DNA of 64,000 nt from Patescibacteria group bacterium (GTDB lineage: Bacteria; Patescibacteriota; Patescibacteriia; Magasanikbacterales; GWA2-37-8). The translations under genes and the position numbers were made by a program. Location: contig JBAZUP010000001.1 of NCBI GenBank assembly GCA_041661385.1, positions 145,692-209,691 of the forward strand. The letters run 5' to 3'. The notes under the pieces are model-generated. The model had not been told where the DNA came from and searched no databases. It saw only the letters and a list, made by a program, of their open reading frames with translations. This document shows, piece after piece, positions 19,842-31,187 of this stretch. How positions within the stretch are numbered: the stretch's first letter is position 1; the number at the start of each line of letters is the position of its first letter.

Positions 19842-20744
19842 TTATTCAAGGGCGGCGGCACCACCGACAATTTCCGAAATTTCTTGCGTAATAGCAGACT
19901 GGCGGGCCTTATTAAAACTATAATTTAATTCTTTAATAATATCCTTGGCGCTGTCTGAGGCATTTCTCATTGCGAGCATGCGGGCGCTGTGTTCAGAGGC
20001 ATCGGATTCTAACACGGCCTGATAAATTTGCATTTCAACTAACCTCGGTAAAAGAGTATTTAATACCGCAGTTGGGTCAGGTTCAAATTTATATCCCAAT
20101 TTAGATGCAGAAATTTCAAGATTGCTTTCTGTAGTCTGACCAAGCATCTCATCAGCTTTGTTTTCGAGAGGTAAAATTTGTTTGACTCTGGGGATTTGTC
20201 GCAGGGCCGAAGCAAAGTCAGTATAGGCTACTACAATTAAATCATATTTACCTTCGGTGTATTCTTTTATTGCGAGTTGTGCCATAGGCAAAACTTCATT
20301 AATCTGACTAGTAAGATCCATTTTTTCAAATTCGGCGGAAATTTTATGTCCAAATTTGTGGTAGATTTTTTTACCTTGCCGGCCGGTAAGCAGAATATCA
20401 ACTTCACATTTATCTACTTTTTCCTGCTTGGAAACAAATTCGTGAACGATCTGCAAAAGACGGCTGCTAAAACCTCCGGCGAGACCTCGATTGCTGGTAA
20501 TAAGTATTACGCCTACTTTTTTTACATTTCTTTTTGCCAGCAATGGGTGCAATGTAACATCCGATTTTTGAGCGATCTCAGTTAACATTTGCCAAGCAAA
20601 AGAAGCATAGCCCCGGGTTGAGAGCACACTTTGTACCGCCCGACGCATTTTAACCGCACTAATCATCTCCATCGCTTTTGTAATTTTTCTGGTGTTGCTG
20701 ATGGATTTGATGCGGCGTTTAATTGTCTTAGTATTTACGCCCAT
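19842..20744 (-). CDS. atpG: F1 ATP synthase gamma subunit
   Basis: Conserved N- and C-terminal helices (ITKAMEMISAVKMRRA ... ITQEISEIVGGAAAL). Confidence 0.9.
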   Translation of the reverse strand: MGVNTKTIKRRIKSISNTRKITKAMEMISAVKMRRAVQSVLSTRGYASFAWQMLTEIAQKSDVTLHPLLAKRNVKKVGVILITSNRGLAGGFSSRLLQIVHEFVSKQEKVDKCEVDILLTGRQGKKIYHKFGHKISAEFEKMDLTSQINEVLPMAQLAIKEYTEGKYDLIVVAYTDFASALRQIPRVKQILPLENKADEMLGQTTESNLEISASKLGYKFEPDPTAVLNTLLPRLVEMQIYQAVLESDASEHSARMLAMRNASDSAKDIIKELNYSFNKARQSAITQEISEIVGGAAALE

Positions 20745-20746
20745 AA

Positions 20747-22237
20747 TTATGATTTTTTGAAATCGGTAATTGCTTCTTTTAGTTCTTTCTCAATCGCCTC
20801 GTCCCAACCATTGGCATTAATTTTTTCTAACATTGATTTATGGCGAGAGTCTAAAAATTTGTGCAGTTTATTTTCCCATTCTGACATTTCTTTTACATCA
20901 ACGTCAGTCGCGTAGCCATTGTTAACCGCATAAATAATAGCGACTTGTTGGCCGACCGGCATTGGCTGATATTGAGGCTGTTTCAAAACCTCTACCAAGC
21001 GCTGACCAAGATCAATTTGTTTCTTTGTTTCCGGATCAAGGTCGCTTGCAAATTGGGCAAAAGCTTCCATTTCGCGGAATTGCGCAAGACTAAGCTTGAG
21101 TTTTCCGGCAACTTTTTTCATTGGTTTGGTTTGAGCGGCAGAACCGACGCGCGAAACCGAAATGCCGACGTTTAAAGCTGGGCGAATACCACGGTAGAAC
21201 AAATCACTTTCAAGGAAGATTTGACCATCGGTAATGGAAATGACGTTGGTTGGAATATAGGCAGTAACGTCACCGGCTTGAGTTTCAATAATTGGCAACG
21301 CGGTAATAGAACCTCCGCCTGATTCCTTATTGCGGCGAGCGGCACGCTCTAGTAAACGACTGTGTAAATAGAAAACATCACCAGGATAAGCTTCGCGACC
21401 CGGTGGACGGCGGAGCAGAAGCGAAACTTCACGGTATGCTACCGCTTGTTTTGATAGATCATCATAAACGATAAGCACGTCTTTGCCTTGATCCATAAAG
21501 AATTCAGCCATTGCAACTCCAGCGTAAGGAGCAAAATATTGTAAAGCGGCGGATTCAGAAGCAGAAGCCGAAACAACGATGGTGTAATCCATTGCACCGG
21601 TTTCTTTCAGTTTGGCGACAATACGGGCAACTTTGGCTTCTTTTTGACCGATAGCGACATAGACGCAGGTCATGTTCTGGCCTTTTTGGTTGATAATAGT
21701 GTCGATAGCTACGGCAGTTTTACCGGTTTGGCGGTCGCCGATAATAAGTTCACGTTGACCACGGCCAATTGGAATCATGGCGTCAATCGCCTTTATACCG
21801 GTTTGAACAGGTTGAGTTACACCTTCACGGGTCATAACACCTGGAGCAATTTTTTCTACCGGATTATATTTTTTGGATTTAATCGCTGCACCGCCGTCAA
21901 TAGCTTGACCAAGGGTGTTTACCACGCGGCCAATCAATTCTTCTCCAACTGGCACAGACAAAATTCTGCCGGTACGTTTTACCGAATCCCCTTCTTTAAT
22001 GTGTTTAAAGTCACCTAAAATAACCGCACCGACCGTTTCATTTTCGAGGTTAAGCGCGACGCCAAAAGTTCCACCAGGAAATTCAAGCATTTCACTAGCC
22101 TGACATTTTGATAAACCAGACAATCTCGCGATACCATCTCCAACTTCGAGAACCGTTCCGACTTCTTCGACTTCTACCTGTTTTTCAAAAGAAGCAATGC
22201 TTTTTTTGAGTTCTTCGACAATGTGATTCACTGACAT
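20747..22237 (-). CDS. atpA: F1 ATP synthase alpha subunit
   Basis: P-loop GDRQTGKT; 496 aa. Confidence 0.97.
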   Translation of the reverse strand: MSVNHIVEELKKSIASFEKQVEVEEVGTVLEVGDGIARLSGLSKCQASEMLEFPGGTFGVALNLENETVGAVILGDFKHIKEGDSVKRTGRILSVPVGEELIGRVVNTLGQAIDGGAAIKSKKYNPVEKIAPGVMTREGVTQPVQTGIKAIDAMIPIGRGQRELIIGDRQTGKTAVAIDTIINQKGQNMTCVYVAIGQKEAKVARIVAKLKETGAMDYTIVVSASASESAALQYFAPYAGVAMAEFFMDQGKDVLIVYDDLSKQAVAYREVSLLLRRPPGREAYPGDVFYLHSRLLERAARRNKESGGGSITALPIIETQAGDVTAYIPTNVISITDGQIFLESDLFYRGIRPALNVGISVSRVGSAAQTKPMKKVAGKLKLSLAQFREMEAFAQFASDLDPETKKQIDLGQRLVEVLKQPQYQPMPVGQQVAIIYAVNNGYATDVDVKEMSEWENKLHKFLDSRHKSMLEKINANGWDEAIEKELKEAITDFKKS

Positions 22238-22245
22238 AAAGGTTT

Positions 22246-22632
22246 TTAATTAAAAGATTGTTTAAGGAGCTGCAATTGTTTGCGCAGGCTTCCGTCAAAA
22301 ATCATATTTTCTGTTTTAATTTTAATTCCTCCTAAAATCTCCGCATCAATCATTTGGGTCGCTTCAACCTTATCGCCAAAACGTTTTTTAATTTCTTCTA
22401 CTAGTTTGTGTGATAAGTCATGCGCGGAAGTTATTTCGATATCTACAATTCCGGCTTCCTTTTTAGAATATTTTATATATTCAGAAATTATCGAATTGAT
22501 TTGTTTCGAAACACCCGAACGAAATAAAAGTTTAGCAAAAGCCTCAATCATTAGTGAAAGTTTGGCACCCTTTAAATCTTTTGTCGCTTCAAAAAGGGCT
22601 ATGGCGTATTCTTTGTTAGTATTTTTTTTCAT
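22246..22632 (-). CDS. atpH: F1 ATP synthase delta (OSCP) subunit, short form
   Basis: 128 aa with OSCP-like C-terminal region; position between atpF and atpA. Confidence 0.65.
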   Translation of the reverse strand: MKKNTNKEYAIALFEATKDLKGAKLSLMIEAFAKLLFRSGVSKQINSIISEYIKYSKKEAGIVDIEITSAHDLSHKLVEEIKKRFGDKVEATQMIDAEILGGIKIKTENMIFDGSLRKQLQLLKQSFN

Positions 22633-22637
22633 TTGAT

Positions 22638-23213
22638 TTACTTAATTTTCTTTACCATTTCCTCAATCAATTGGTGGTCTTTCTTATCGGTAATTTTTTC
22701 CGACAAAACTTTTTCCAAAGCCGCAACAACCAATTCACCGGCAGCTTTTTTCACATCCATTACCATTTCATCGCGTTCGGCTCGAATGTTTCGTTTTGCC
22801 TGCTCTACTAAACCGTCTATTTCTGTTTTAGATTTAGTTTTTATCTCCATTGCGAGTTTATCGGCTTCAACTGAACTTTTTTCCAAAATTTTTCCAGCTT
22901 CAGTTTTGGCCTCATTAATCTTTTCCTGAAATTTTTCTTCACTGTGTTTGAGGTTTTCCTGAATTTTTTTGGAGTTATCAATACTTTCATCAATCATTTT
23001 TTGGCGTTCTTCCAATTTTTTGGTAAGTGGTTTTAAAATAAGATACCAGATAATCGCGGCAACGATGGCAAAGTTAATTAGCTGAAATACAAACAATGAC
23101 GGATTGATTCCGAGTGATGCAAGAGGTCCACCGGCTGTGGAACCGCCTTCGGAAACTGTTCCAGCCGCTTCGTTTGTAACTGGTTCTACGATTGTATTGG
23201 ACATAATATTCAA
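22638..23213 (-). CDS. atpF: Fo ATP synthase subunit b
   Basis: Single N-terminal TM followed by a long charged helix. Confidence 0.8.
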   Translation of the reverse strand: MNIMSNTIVEPVTNEAAGTVSEGGSTAGGPLASLGINPSLFVFQLINFAIVAAIIWYLILKPLTKKLEERQKMIDESIDNSKKIQENLKHSEEKFQEKINEAKTEAGKILEKSSVEADKLAMEIKTKSKTEIDGLVEQAKRNIRAERDEMVMDVKKAAGELVVAALEKVLSEKITDKKDHQLIEEMVKKIK

Positions 23214-23256
23214 ATAAGATAATCCTGGCCGGCCAAAATTGACCAGCCCGGTTATA

Positions 23257-23505
<249 letters not shown>

Positions 23506-23583
23506 CTAAGAGAAATTTTCTCCTGGCCTAAATACCATTAATAAATATTGCTGGCGGCTCAAAGAACCGACAACATCCAGTTA

Positions 23584-24387
23584 TTAATGATGTGTCGCTT
23601 CGGCGTGTGCGCTTTCGTCTCCATGCGGAGCTTGTCCCGCGACAGTTAGGTATACAATGGTAAGAATCGCAAATACACCAGCTTGAATAAGTCCAACCAG
23701 TAATTCTAAGAGCATAAACGGCGTTGGCATAAGAATTCCAATGATGCTAGCAATAACAGTCATGAGCACTTCACCGGCAAAAATATTTCCAAAAAGACGC
23801 AGGGAAAGTGAAAGAACTTTAGCAAGTTCGCTAACTATTTCAATAAGTCCGACTGCAAATTCTACCACGGCGGTAAGTATTCCGGTTGGTCCTTTTTTAA
23901 AACTTTTTACTAATGAACCGATCTGAATAAATTTATTCATGTGCACAAAAAAACCAATGCCCGCGATTGCAAAAACGTGCGACATCACAACCGATACCAA
24001 AGCCATAGCAAGAGTAAGATTTAGGTCAGTGTTCGCAGGGCGGAGTAACAGTTCATGATTATAAGTAATGGAACCAGTGCCAGGGATGAGACCAAGCCAA
24101 TTGGAAAGTAAAATAAAAAAGAAAACCGATCCAGCGAGCGGTAAGTATTTTATCGTTAATTTTCGGCTGCCGGTAACCTGGTCAAAATAACCCATTACCT
24201 GCTCAAGAATGTATTCCCAAAAATTTTGAAGCTTATTTGGGCGTAAAGAAATGTTTTTTGAAATAAATATTCCGACCACCAAAAAAATTATTCCGGCGAG
24301 CCAAGTATTAATTATAGTATTAGTAACTGGTATGGAACCAATGTGAAAAAGTGTTTCTGGTGCTAGTGGTGGAATATGAAGTGACAT
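23584..24387 (-). CDS. atpB: Fo ATP synthase subunit a
   Basis: Polytopic; conserved Arg in LSLSLRLFGNIFAGE. Confidence 0.85.
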   Translation of the reverse strand: MSLHIPPLAPETLFHIGSIPVTNTIINTWLAGIIFLVVGIFISKNISLRPNKLQNFWEYILEQVMGYFDQVTGSRKLTIKYLPLAGSVFFFILLSNWLGLIPGTGSITYNHELLLRPANTDLNLTLAMALVSVVMSHVFAIAGIGFFVHMNKFIQIGSLVKSFKKGPTGILTAVVEFAVGLIEIVSELAKVLSLSLRLFGNIFAGEVLMTVIASIIGILMPTPFMLLELLVGLIQAGVFAILTIVYLTVAGQAPHGDESAHAEATHH

Positions 24388-24389
24388 AA

Positions 24390-24656
24390 CTATTTTGATT
24401 TCTTATCTACCAATGATTGATACTCTTTTCCGTATTTTTTGGCGTTTCGGTAAATTAGGATACCCGATAAAACCGCCGCCGTTACGAAACCGATAATTGT
24501 AAGGGTGCTTCCGGTATGATATTTTGTGTCTAAATTTCGGCCAACCAGAGCTAAAACTACTACCGGAATCGCTATTGCCGCACCAAAATTTCCTGCTATC
24601 CGCAAGGCGAAATAATAGTATTCTCGGTCATTATTTTTAGGAGTTTTTTCGTCCAT
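24390..24656 (-). CDS. AtpI/AtpZ-like small membrane protein leading the atp operon
   Basis: 88 aa, two TM helices, first gene of the operon. Confidence 0.45.
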   Translation of the reverse strand: MDEKTPKNNDREYYYFALRIAGNFGAAIAIPVVVLALVGRNLDTKYHTGSTLTIIGFVTAAVLSGILIYRNAKKYGKEYQSLVDKKSK

Positions 24657-24668
24657 AAAAGCGCGACT

Positions 24669-24696
24669 ATTATACTAGAAATGCAGATAAAGTCAA
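24669..24696 (-). promoter_or_regulatory. Sigma70-type promoter for the atp operon (TTGACT-16-TATAAT on minus strand)
   Basis: Reverse complement reads TTGACTttatctgcatttctagTATAAT. Only about 12 nt lie between the -10 and the atpI-like ATG, so the leader is very short. Confidence 0.45.
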
Positions 24697-24770
24697 GAGT
24701 TTTTTTAAAATTGTGTGTATAACTCAACAAAAAACCGAGCTAAAAAACTCGATTTGGCTTAAACAAAGGT

Positions 24771-25610
24771 TTATTTCATTTTAGAAAACAGTCGTAAGGC
24801 ATTTTCGGTAGTTTTTTGTCTTATTAATTCAACCGATTCACCCCTGAGTTCAGCAATTTTTTTAATTACTTCTTCGACCATCCATGGTTCGCCTTGTTTC
24901 CCTCGATAAGGAACTGGTGCAAGATAAGGACAATCAGTTTCTACAAGTATCCTCTCGAGTGGCATATTTTTTATAACCTGCCACAATTCTTCTTGAGCCA
25001 AAGGGTTCTTTTTTTGCGGAGGAAAAGTAATTACGCCGGTAAAACCAAGATAAAGACCGAGATCCAAATATTTTTTTGCATTTTCCCAATTTGAAGTATA
25101 GCAGTGCATTGTACCTGAAAAATCATTCATTGAAGAAAGTGTTGAAATCATTTCCGGGTGTGCTTCTCGACAATGGATAACAAGCGGCAGATTATATTTT
25201 TTTGCGATAGTTGCCTGTAAAAGAAAAACCTCAGTTTGTTTTTTAATGACAATTTCGCGAGAAACATTTTCCGGAAGACGATAAAAATCAAGTCCGCACT
25301 CTCCAATGCCGACGACTTTCGGATGTTTGGCAAGCGATTCATAAAATTCTACATCAAAATCTTTTTCATTTATTTTATTTTCCGATTCACCGGTGTCATG
25401 AAATTCGGAAAATAAATGCCCGGGATGCAAACCAATAGAGGCGTAGGCGTCAGGATATTTGTCTGCCATTTCAACTGCGGCGCTACTAGTCCCCTTTTCC
25501 GTTCCGACAATATTAACAACAACCTTTTTTTCAAGGTTGCGTTTCATCATGTTTTCAGTTTCATTTCCGTAAGAGCGAAACTGGCAATGCGCGTGCGAAT
25601 CAATAATCAT
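24771..25610 (-). CDS. tatD: TatD-family metal-dependent DNase/hydrolase
   Basis: MIIDSHAHCQF N-terminal motif; start moved to the Met preceding it. Confidence 0.85.
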   Translation of the reverse strand: MIIDSHAHCQFRSYGNETENMMKRNLEKKVVVNIVGTEKGTSSAAVEMADKYPDAYASIGLHPGHLFSEFHDTGESENKINEKDFDVEFYESLAKHPKVVGIGECGLDFYRLPENVSREIVIKKQTEVFLLQATIAKKYNLPLVIHCREAHPEMISTLSSMNDFSGTMHCYTSNWENAKKYLDLGLYLGFTGVITFPPQKKNPLAQEELWQVIKNMPLERILVETDCPYLAPVPYRGKQGEPWMVEEVIKKIAELRGESVELIRQKTTENALRLFSKMK

Positions 25611-25612
25611 AA

Positions 25613-26113
25613 TTAAATAAATTTCATCGCATCTGGTAGAAGCGGCCAAAGAAAAGATGCGATACCCTCACAAATTGTCACTAAGTTTGATCTCGAAAGT
25701 TGACCTAAAAAACCCGACCATGGTCCGTAGCGGTCCACGATATAAAAAACGATACCAATAAATATAATCCCTTCAAACAGGCCAAAAATAAGTCCTAATA
25801 TTTTGTTTAGCCCACTGATAAACGGCAAAGATGTAAAGACAAATAAAGACTTGTCAAGAATATGAAATAATAATCCGACTAATCGGTTAATAATTAAAAA
25901 ACAAATAATAAACATTGCCACCTTTGGAAAATTCCCGCTCCAATGGGTAAATTTTATTAAATATTCAGCTGGAATTTCATAAAAACGACCGGCTAAATAG
26001 ACACCGGCCGCTGTGCCAAGTAGTGATCCTAAGGTGCTTATTATCCCAAACCAAATACCAAATAAACCGAATCCGCCGATTATGCCAACAATTACAATAT
26101 CGTATACAGACAT
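25613..26113 (-). CDS. CvpA-family membrane protein
   Basis: 166 aa, four TM helices, G-rich first helix typical of CvpA-like proteins. Confidence 0.45.
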   Translation of the reverse strand: MSVYDIVIVGIIGGFGLFGIWFGIISTLGSLLGTAAGVYLAGRFYEIPAEYLIKFTHWSGNFPKVAMFIICFLIINRLVGLLFHILDKSLFVFTSLPFISGLNKILGLIFGLFEGIIFIGIVFYIVDRYGPWSGFLGQLSRSNLVTICEGIASFLWPLLPDAMKFI

Positions 26114-26116
26114 ATA

Positions 26117-27661
26117 TTATTTATCTAATAACCTTGGAAAAAGCGGCTCACCTTTTGAAATTTTTGATCCGACCGTCAAATCAACCCATTGTTTTAGTTC
26201 GCTAAGGGGCTTCGCAAATTCTTTTGAAACATCTAATCCTAGTTGATTAATAATTTTTTCAGCGGTATCAGGCATTGCTGGCCAAATCATAACCGCGATA
26301 TGCCGCAGCGATTCGGCTAAATGATACAAAAGATTATTTACTTCTTCCGTTTTTCCAGCTTTTGCCATCGCCCAAGGTTGTTTATCAGAAATTTGTCGGT
26401 CGCAAAAAGTTATAAATTTCATCGCTGAGTCTAATGCAAGATCAAATCGCCATCCACTCATCGCCGATTCGTATACCGGCCAAATATCTTTGGATAAAAA
26501 ATTTATAAACTGGTCATCAGTGTTTTTTACTTCCGGAATTACATTCTCGCAATATTTTTCAATCATCGTGAGAATGCGGTTGGTAAGATTGCCGAGTCCG
26601 TTTGCTAAATCAGAATTATATCGTTCTTTTAATTTTTCGTCAGAATAGTTTCCATCATTATCAAAAGGAATTTCTCGTGCTAAGTGATAGCGCACGGCTT
26701 CGAGAGGAAACCTAGTAATTAATTCAATCGGATCAACAACATTACCAAGCGTCTTGCTCATTTTTTGCCCGTCGCCGGCATAAACAAAACCATGCACTGC
26801 CACTTGTTTCGGCACATCTACTCCAGCGGACATTAACATCGCTGGCCAAAGTAGTGAATGAAAACGATTGATATCTTTGCCGATAACATGGGTACCGGGC
26901 CAGAATTTTTTGAATAATTTACCGTTTTTCTCAAATTCTAGGGCGGTAATATAGTTACTGAGAGCATCAAACCAGACATACATCACTTGGGTTTCATCGC
27001 CGGGTACCGGTATTCCCCACGGCAGCTTTTCTTTTGAACGCGAAACACTAATATCTTCAAGTCCGGCTTTCAGTACGCCAATCATTTCGTTATACTTGCT
27101 TTCAGGAATAACGAATTGTTTATTTTTTTCAAAAAGAAATTGCAGCGGTTCCTGATATTTAGATAATCGGAAAAAATAATTCTCTTCTGAAACTTGTTCG
27201 GGGGCCCGGTTGTGCAAGGGGCACTTGCCGTCAATTATATCTTTATCGGTTTTAAAAGATTCACAGCCGTAGCAATATAAACCAGAGTAAGATTTTTTGT
27301 AAATATCATCGCTTGCGACTACCCTTTTCCAAAGTTCCTGCGCACCCTTAATGTGCCGCTCTTCGGTAGTGCGGATAAAATCATCATTTGAAATATTCCA
27401 TTGATCAAGCAGGTTTTGAAATATTGCAGACTTTTCAGCAGCAAAATCTTCTACTTTAACCCCAGCATCACGAGCGGTTTTAAGCATTTTTTGGCCGTGT
27501 TCATCGGTACCGCTTAAAAAATACACATCATTACCAAGCAAACGCTGATACCGTGCCATTATATCTGTATACAAAAATTCAATCGCATGACCCATGTGTG
27601 GCTTGTCGTTGGCGTAGGGAATAGCGGTAGTTATATAAAATGTTTCGCTCTTTTTCGGCAT
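26117..27661 (-). CDS. metG: Methionyl-tRNA synthetase
   Basis: HMGH (PHMGHAIE) and KMSKT class I motifs; 514 aa. Confidence 0.95.
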   Translation of the reverse strand: MPKKSETFYITTAIPYANDKPHMGHAIEFLYTDIMARYQRLLGNDVYFLSGTDEHGQKMLKTARDAGVKVEDFAAEKSAIFQNLLDQWNISNDDFIRTTEERHIKGAQELWKRVVASDDIYKKSYSGLYCYGCESFKTDKDIIDGKCPLHNRAPEQVSEENYFFRLSKYQEPLQFLFEKNKQFVIPESKYNEMIGVLKAGLEDISVSRSKEKLPWGIPVPGDETQVMYVWFDALSNYITALEFEKNGKLFKKFWPGTHVIGKDINRFHSLLWPAMLMSAGVDVPKQVAVHGFVYAGDGQKMSKTLGNVVDPIELITRFPLEAVRYHLAREIPFDNDGNYSDEKLKERYNSDLANGLGNLTNRILTMIEKYCENVIPEVKNTDDQFINFLSKDIWPVYESAMSGWRFDLALDSAMKFITFCDRQISDKQPWAMAKAGKTEEVNNLLYHLAESLRHIAVMIWPAMPDTAEKIINQLGLDVSKEFAKPLSELKQWVDLTVGSKISKGEPLFPRLLDK

Positions 27662-27663
27662 AT

Positions 27664-28332
27664 TTAATTTATCACTATTACAAATTCTCCTCTTTCGTCT
27701 ATTTTACTTGCGATTATTTCATCAATCGTACCCCGATAAACTGATTCAAATTTTTTGGTAAGTTCGCGGCAAACTACGATTTGTTTTTTTGAATCCAAAA
27801 CGTTTTTTAAATCTTGCAAACATTTAATTATTCGGTGGCCAGATTCAAAAAAAATCACCGTTCGCTCTTCCTTTGCCAAATCCGAAAAATATTTTAGTCT
27901 TTTATTTTTATGAGGAGGAAACCCCAAGAATATAAATTTGTCAGTTGGAAAACCGGAAATGGAAAGTGCGGTTGTTACGGCCGAAACTCCAGGGATTGGA
28001 ATGATTACAATTCCAGGAATTCGTTTTACCAATATTGATATCAGCATGTTCCCCGGGTCGCTAATGCCCGGCGTGCCCGCATCGGTAACTAGAGCGACAT
28101 TTTTTCCTTCATTTAAAAGATTCTGAATTTCCTTCACTTTTCTTTCGTCACTGTGGTGATGATAACTAATTGTCTGCCCTTTCACTTGGTAATGATCAAG
28201 TAATTTTTGGGAAACCCTAGTATCCTCACATAAAATAATATCAACAACCTTAAGAGCTTCGATCGCCCGAAGTGTCATATCCCCTAAATTACCAATCGGG
28301 GTTGAAACAATGTATAATTTTCCTGTATCCAT
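27664..28332 (-). CDS. rsmI: 16S rRNA C1402 2'-O-methyltransferase
   Basis: LYIVSTPIGNLGDMTLRAIEAL tetrapyrrole-methylase-like N-terminus; start moved to the internal Met. Confidence 0.88.
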   Translation of the reverse strand: MDTGKLYIVSTPIGNLGDMTLRAIEALKVVDIILCEDTRVSQKLLDHYQVKGQTISYHHHSDERKVKEIQNLLNEGKNVALVTDAGTPGISDPGNMLISILVKRIPGIVIIPIPGVSAVTTALSISGFPTDKFIFLGFPPHKNKRLKYFSDLAKEERTVIFFESGHRIIKCLQDLKNVLDSKKQIVVCRELTKKFESVYRGTIDEIIASKIDERGEFVIVIN

Positions 28333-28371
28333 GATCAATATTTTAGCGAAAAATGGCCTAAAAAGCAAATC

Positions 28372-28986
28372 TTACAATATTCCCTGTTGTTTTAGGTTTT
28401 CCCTTAAATCTGCAATTTTTCCAGTAATATAGACACAACCTTTCATATTGTATCTATTTAAAACATAATCAACGTTGTGCTGCTGGTCATCAATAAAATA
28501 TGCTTCTTCCGCCGTACAACCCAATGAATTAACAAGCGTTTCATAAAATTCAGAATCGGGTTTAGTATATCCAACTTCGCAAGAATAAATTGATGTATCA
28601 AATAATTTATAAAAATCGTATTTATCTTGCAGAAATTTCAATCTTTCTTTCATGTTTCCAGAAAAAGCAATAATTTTATAATTTTTTGTTCGCAATTCAA
28701 TAATTAACTTCTTAATATCTTCATCCTGTTTATAACTATCATAATATGCCCTTGAGATAAATTCGATGTCATAATAGGATGGCAGAATTTCTTTTGCCCA
28801 TTTCCAAAAATTTTGGTCAGTTATTTTACCTCGCAACGCATCCTTCCTCATTTCTGATTTTAAAACCTTTTTTAAAAGCTGTTCATCGTAATTTTTTGTT
28901 TCCTTTAAAAAATTATAGACATGTTTTCCACCATCTACAAAATATACGCCTCCTAAATCAAAAATTACGGCGCTAATTTTTCCCAT
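28372..28986 (-). CDS. HAD-superfamily hydrolase
   Basis: Motif I FDLGGV, C-terminal DD motif. Confidence 0.6.
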   Translation of the reverse strand: MGKISAVIFDLGGVYFVDGGKHVYNFLKETKNYDEQLLKKVLKSEMRKDALRGKITDQNFWKWAKEILPSYYDIEFISRAYYDSYKQDEDIKKLIIELRTKNYKIIAFSGNMKERLKFLQDKYDFYKLFDTSIYSCEVGYTKPDSEFYETLVNSLGCTAEEAYFIDDQQHNVDYVLNRYNMKGCVYITGKIADLRENLKQQGIL

Positions 28987-30142
28987 ATTTTTGATCTCTA
29001 ATCGATTTTAAACAACTAATTGTATAGTCAAGATCCTTTTTAGATGTAGAGCGGCCCAAACTAAACCTCACCGAAGATTTATTATCTTTTTCACTCAAAC
29101 CGATTGCTTTTAGTACATGTGATGGTTCGTTAGTAACAGCTGAGCAGGCCGAAGCTGTCGAACATTGAACTCCGAACGAATCTAAATAAATAACAAGTTG
29201 CTCACCGTCGTAACCAGGAAATACAACATTTACATTGTTAGCTAGTCGGTTTTGACCAATTTCCGGACCGTTTAATTTTGCATCCGAAAATAATTTAACA
29301 ATTTTATCAAAAAAATATTTTGATAATTTATTTAATCTGACTGTTTCTTTATTTATATTTTTAGATGAAATTTCTAGCGCTTTAGAAAACCCAACAATTC
29401 CAGTGACATTTTCGGTACCGCTTCGGAGTCCCTTTTCCTGTCCCCCACCCAAAATTTGTGATGATAGCTCTACACCACGTCTAACATACAAAGCACCAAC
29501 CCCTTTTGGACCATAAATCTTTCCACTATTTATCGTCATTAGGTCAACATGCAATTTTTCTACATCAAGTGATAAATATTCCGAGGCTTGGCAGGCATCC
29601 GAATGAAGGTACGGAAAATTTGCATTATTTTCCTTGCGGTAACGCAAGATTGCCCTGCCAATATCCGCAATCGGTTGAACTATGCCAATTTCGTTATTAG
29701 CATACATAACCGAAATCAAAACAGTTTCTTTGTTAATGAGTTTTATGAGGTCATCAACTTTTATCAATCCATCCTTCCCGACTGGAACATATGATACTTT
29801 ATAACCATTTTTTTCAAGCTTTTTTAAGGGTTCTAGAACTGAGGCGTGTTCGGTTGCGACACTTATTATATGTTTACCTTTAAACCCTTCGGAAAGCCCA
29901 AATACGGCCAAATTATTAGCTTCTGTGCCCCCGGATGTGAAATAAACTGTATCTGGCTGGGTTTTTAAGATTTCAGCGATAATCTTACGACTCTTTTCGA
30001 CAGTTTTTGAAGCAAAAAAACCTTCGGCGTGCAAGCTAGAAGGATTACCAAAGTGCTCACTTAAATACGGCTGCATGGCTTTAGCGACTTCTTTTGCAAC
30101 TGGTGTAGTTGAAGCATTGTCTAAATAAACAGTTTTTTTCAT
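28973..30142 (-). CDS. Cysteine desulfurase / class V aminotransferase (NifS/IscS-like)
   Basis: YLDNASTTP start and PLP-lysine region SGHKIYGPKG-like (SGKIYGPKGVGALYV). Confidence 0.85.
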   Translation of the reverse strand: MKKTVYLDNASTTPVAKEVAKAMQPYLSEHFGNPSSLHAEGFFASKTVEKSRKIIAEILKTQPDTVYFTSGGTEANNLAVFGLSEGFKGKHIISVATEHASVLEPLKKLEKNGYKVSYVPVGKDGLIKVDDLIKLINKETVLISVMYANNEIGIVQPIADIGRAILRYRKENNANFPYLHSDACQASEYLSLDVEKLHVDLMTINSGKIYGPKGVGALYVRRGVELSSQILGGGQEKGLRSGTENVTGIVGFSKALEISSKNINKETVRLNKLSKYFFDKIVKLFSDAKLNGPEIGQNRLANNVNVVFPGYDGEQLVIYLDSFGVQCSTASACSAVTNEPSHVLKAIGLSEKDNKSSVRFSLGRSTSKKDLDYTISCLKSIRDQKYGKN

Positions 30143-30145
30143 TTA

Positions 30146-30730
30146 TTAAAACGGTAAGGTTAAATTAATATTTTTTTGTGTGGAGTTTTTAGGCGTAAAC
30201 TCCATATTCACCCTAAACGGCAAAACTTCACCAGTTAGCGATTTGTAAAAAAGTTGTTTATTCTTTTTTCCAAATTCATAAACGTCTTTAGTAATTTTTA
30301 CATCCTGTTCACAATATTTCCTTATTTCAGCAATTTTTCCCTCTTTCCACCAGCGAATTGCCTGGAGACCATCAGCGCTTTTCTCAACACCATCTAGTGT
30401 TGCCTGCGCCAAATCATTCAATTTCAAACGGAAACCCAAGCTCTCTCTCACTCGTTCCATAATATCGAGGTGGGGAATTTTTGTAAGATCACCCATGTAA
30501 TAATTATTTAATACCGGAACATCAAAATGGGCGCTATTAAAACCAATCAAGAGATCTGACTTTTCTAAAATTGGCCAAAGCTTGCCAAGCTCGTGCTCTT
30601 CAAAACTCTCATAACTATCAGTTGCGTATTTATAAATAGAAACACAAGAAATTTTTAATTTTTTAAAATCATTGTTCACATCGGCAAATGAATTCTGAGT
30701 TTCAATATCAAAGACAATTTCGTTTGGCAT
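30146..30730 (-). CDS. DEDD-family 3'-5' exonuclease (DnaQ-like fold)
   Basis: Exo motifs FDIETQ, GFNSAHFDVPVL, YCEQDV. Confidence 0.6.
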   Translation of the reverse strand: MPNEIVFDIETQNSFADVNNDFKKLKISCVSIYKYATDSYESFEEHELGKLWPILEKSDLLIGFNSAHFDVPVLNNYYMGDLTKIPHLDIMERVRESLGFRLKLNDLAQATLDGVEKSADGLQAIRWWKEGKIAEIRKYCEQDVKITKDVYEFGKKNKQLFYKSLTGEVLPFRVNMEFTPKNSTQKNINLTLPF

Positions 30731-30733
30731 AAT

Positions 30734-31168
30734 TTATTCTAAATTATAAAACATTTTTATACAGGAATCCTCATCTTGAATTAAGTTAAGTTTTAACGCT
30801 TCAGCAGGTGTAACCCAACGATGTTCTACATGTGATTTTTCGTCAATTTTTACCGCTTGTTTTACTGAAAGCCGCACCGAGTACATGTGATATTTAAAAT
30901 CGTACGTCGGATAGCGTACGAAAAGTGTTTTAAAGTATCTCAAGTCATTTTTACCCAGTAAAATACCTGTTTCCTCTTTTAATTCCCGCAGAACCGTTTC
31001 ATCTGGCAGCTCGTTTTCTTCAATTTTTCCGGCCGGCACGCCCCAAGTTCCACCTTGCGGCTTGTGATTAGCTCGGCACAATACAAGTATTTCGCCATCA
31101 TGCTCAATAAAACAACTAGCCACTTCAAACTCCTGATTAAATTTCTCTGGCTCAGCCAAATAAATCAT
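30734..31168 (-). CDS. NUDIX hydrolase
   Basis: Nudix box GGTWGVPAGKIEENELPDETVLRELKEETGI. Confidence 0.8.
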   Translation of the reverse strand: MIYLAEPEKFNQEFEVASCFIEHDGEILVLCRANHKPQGGTWGVPAGKIEENELPDETVLRELKEETGILLGKNDLRYFKTLFVRYPTYDFKYHMYSVRLSVKQAVKIDEKSHVEHRWVTPAEALKLNLIQDEDSCIKMFYNLE

Positions 31169-31187
31169 AATCTGAAAAAAAATTAAA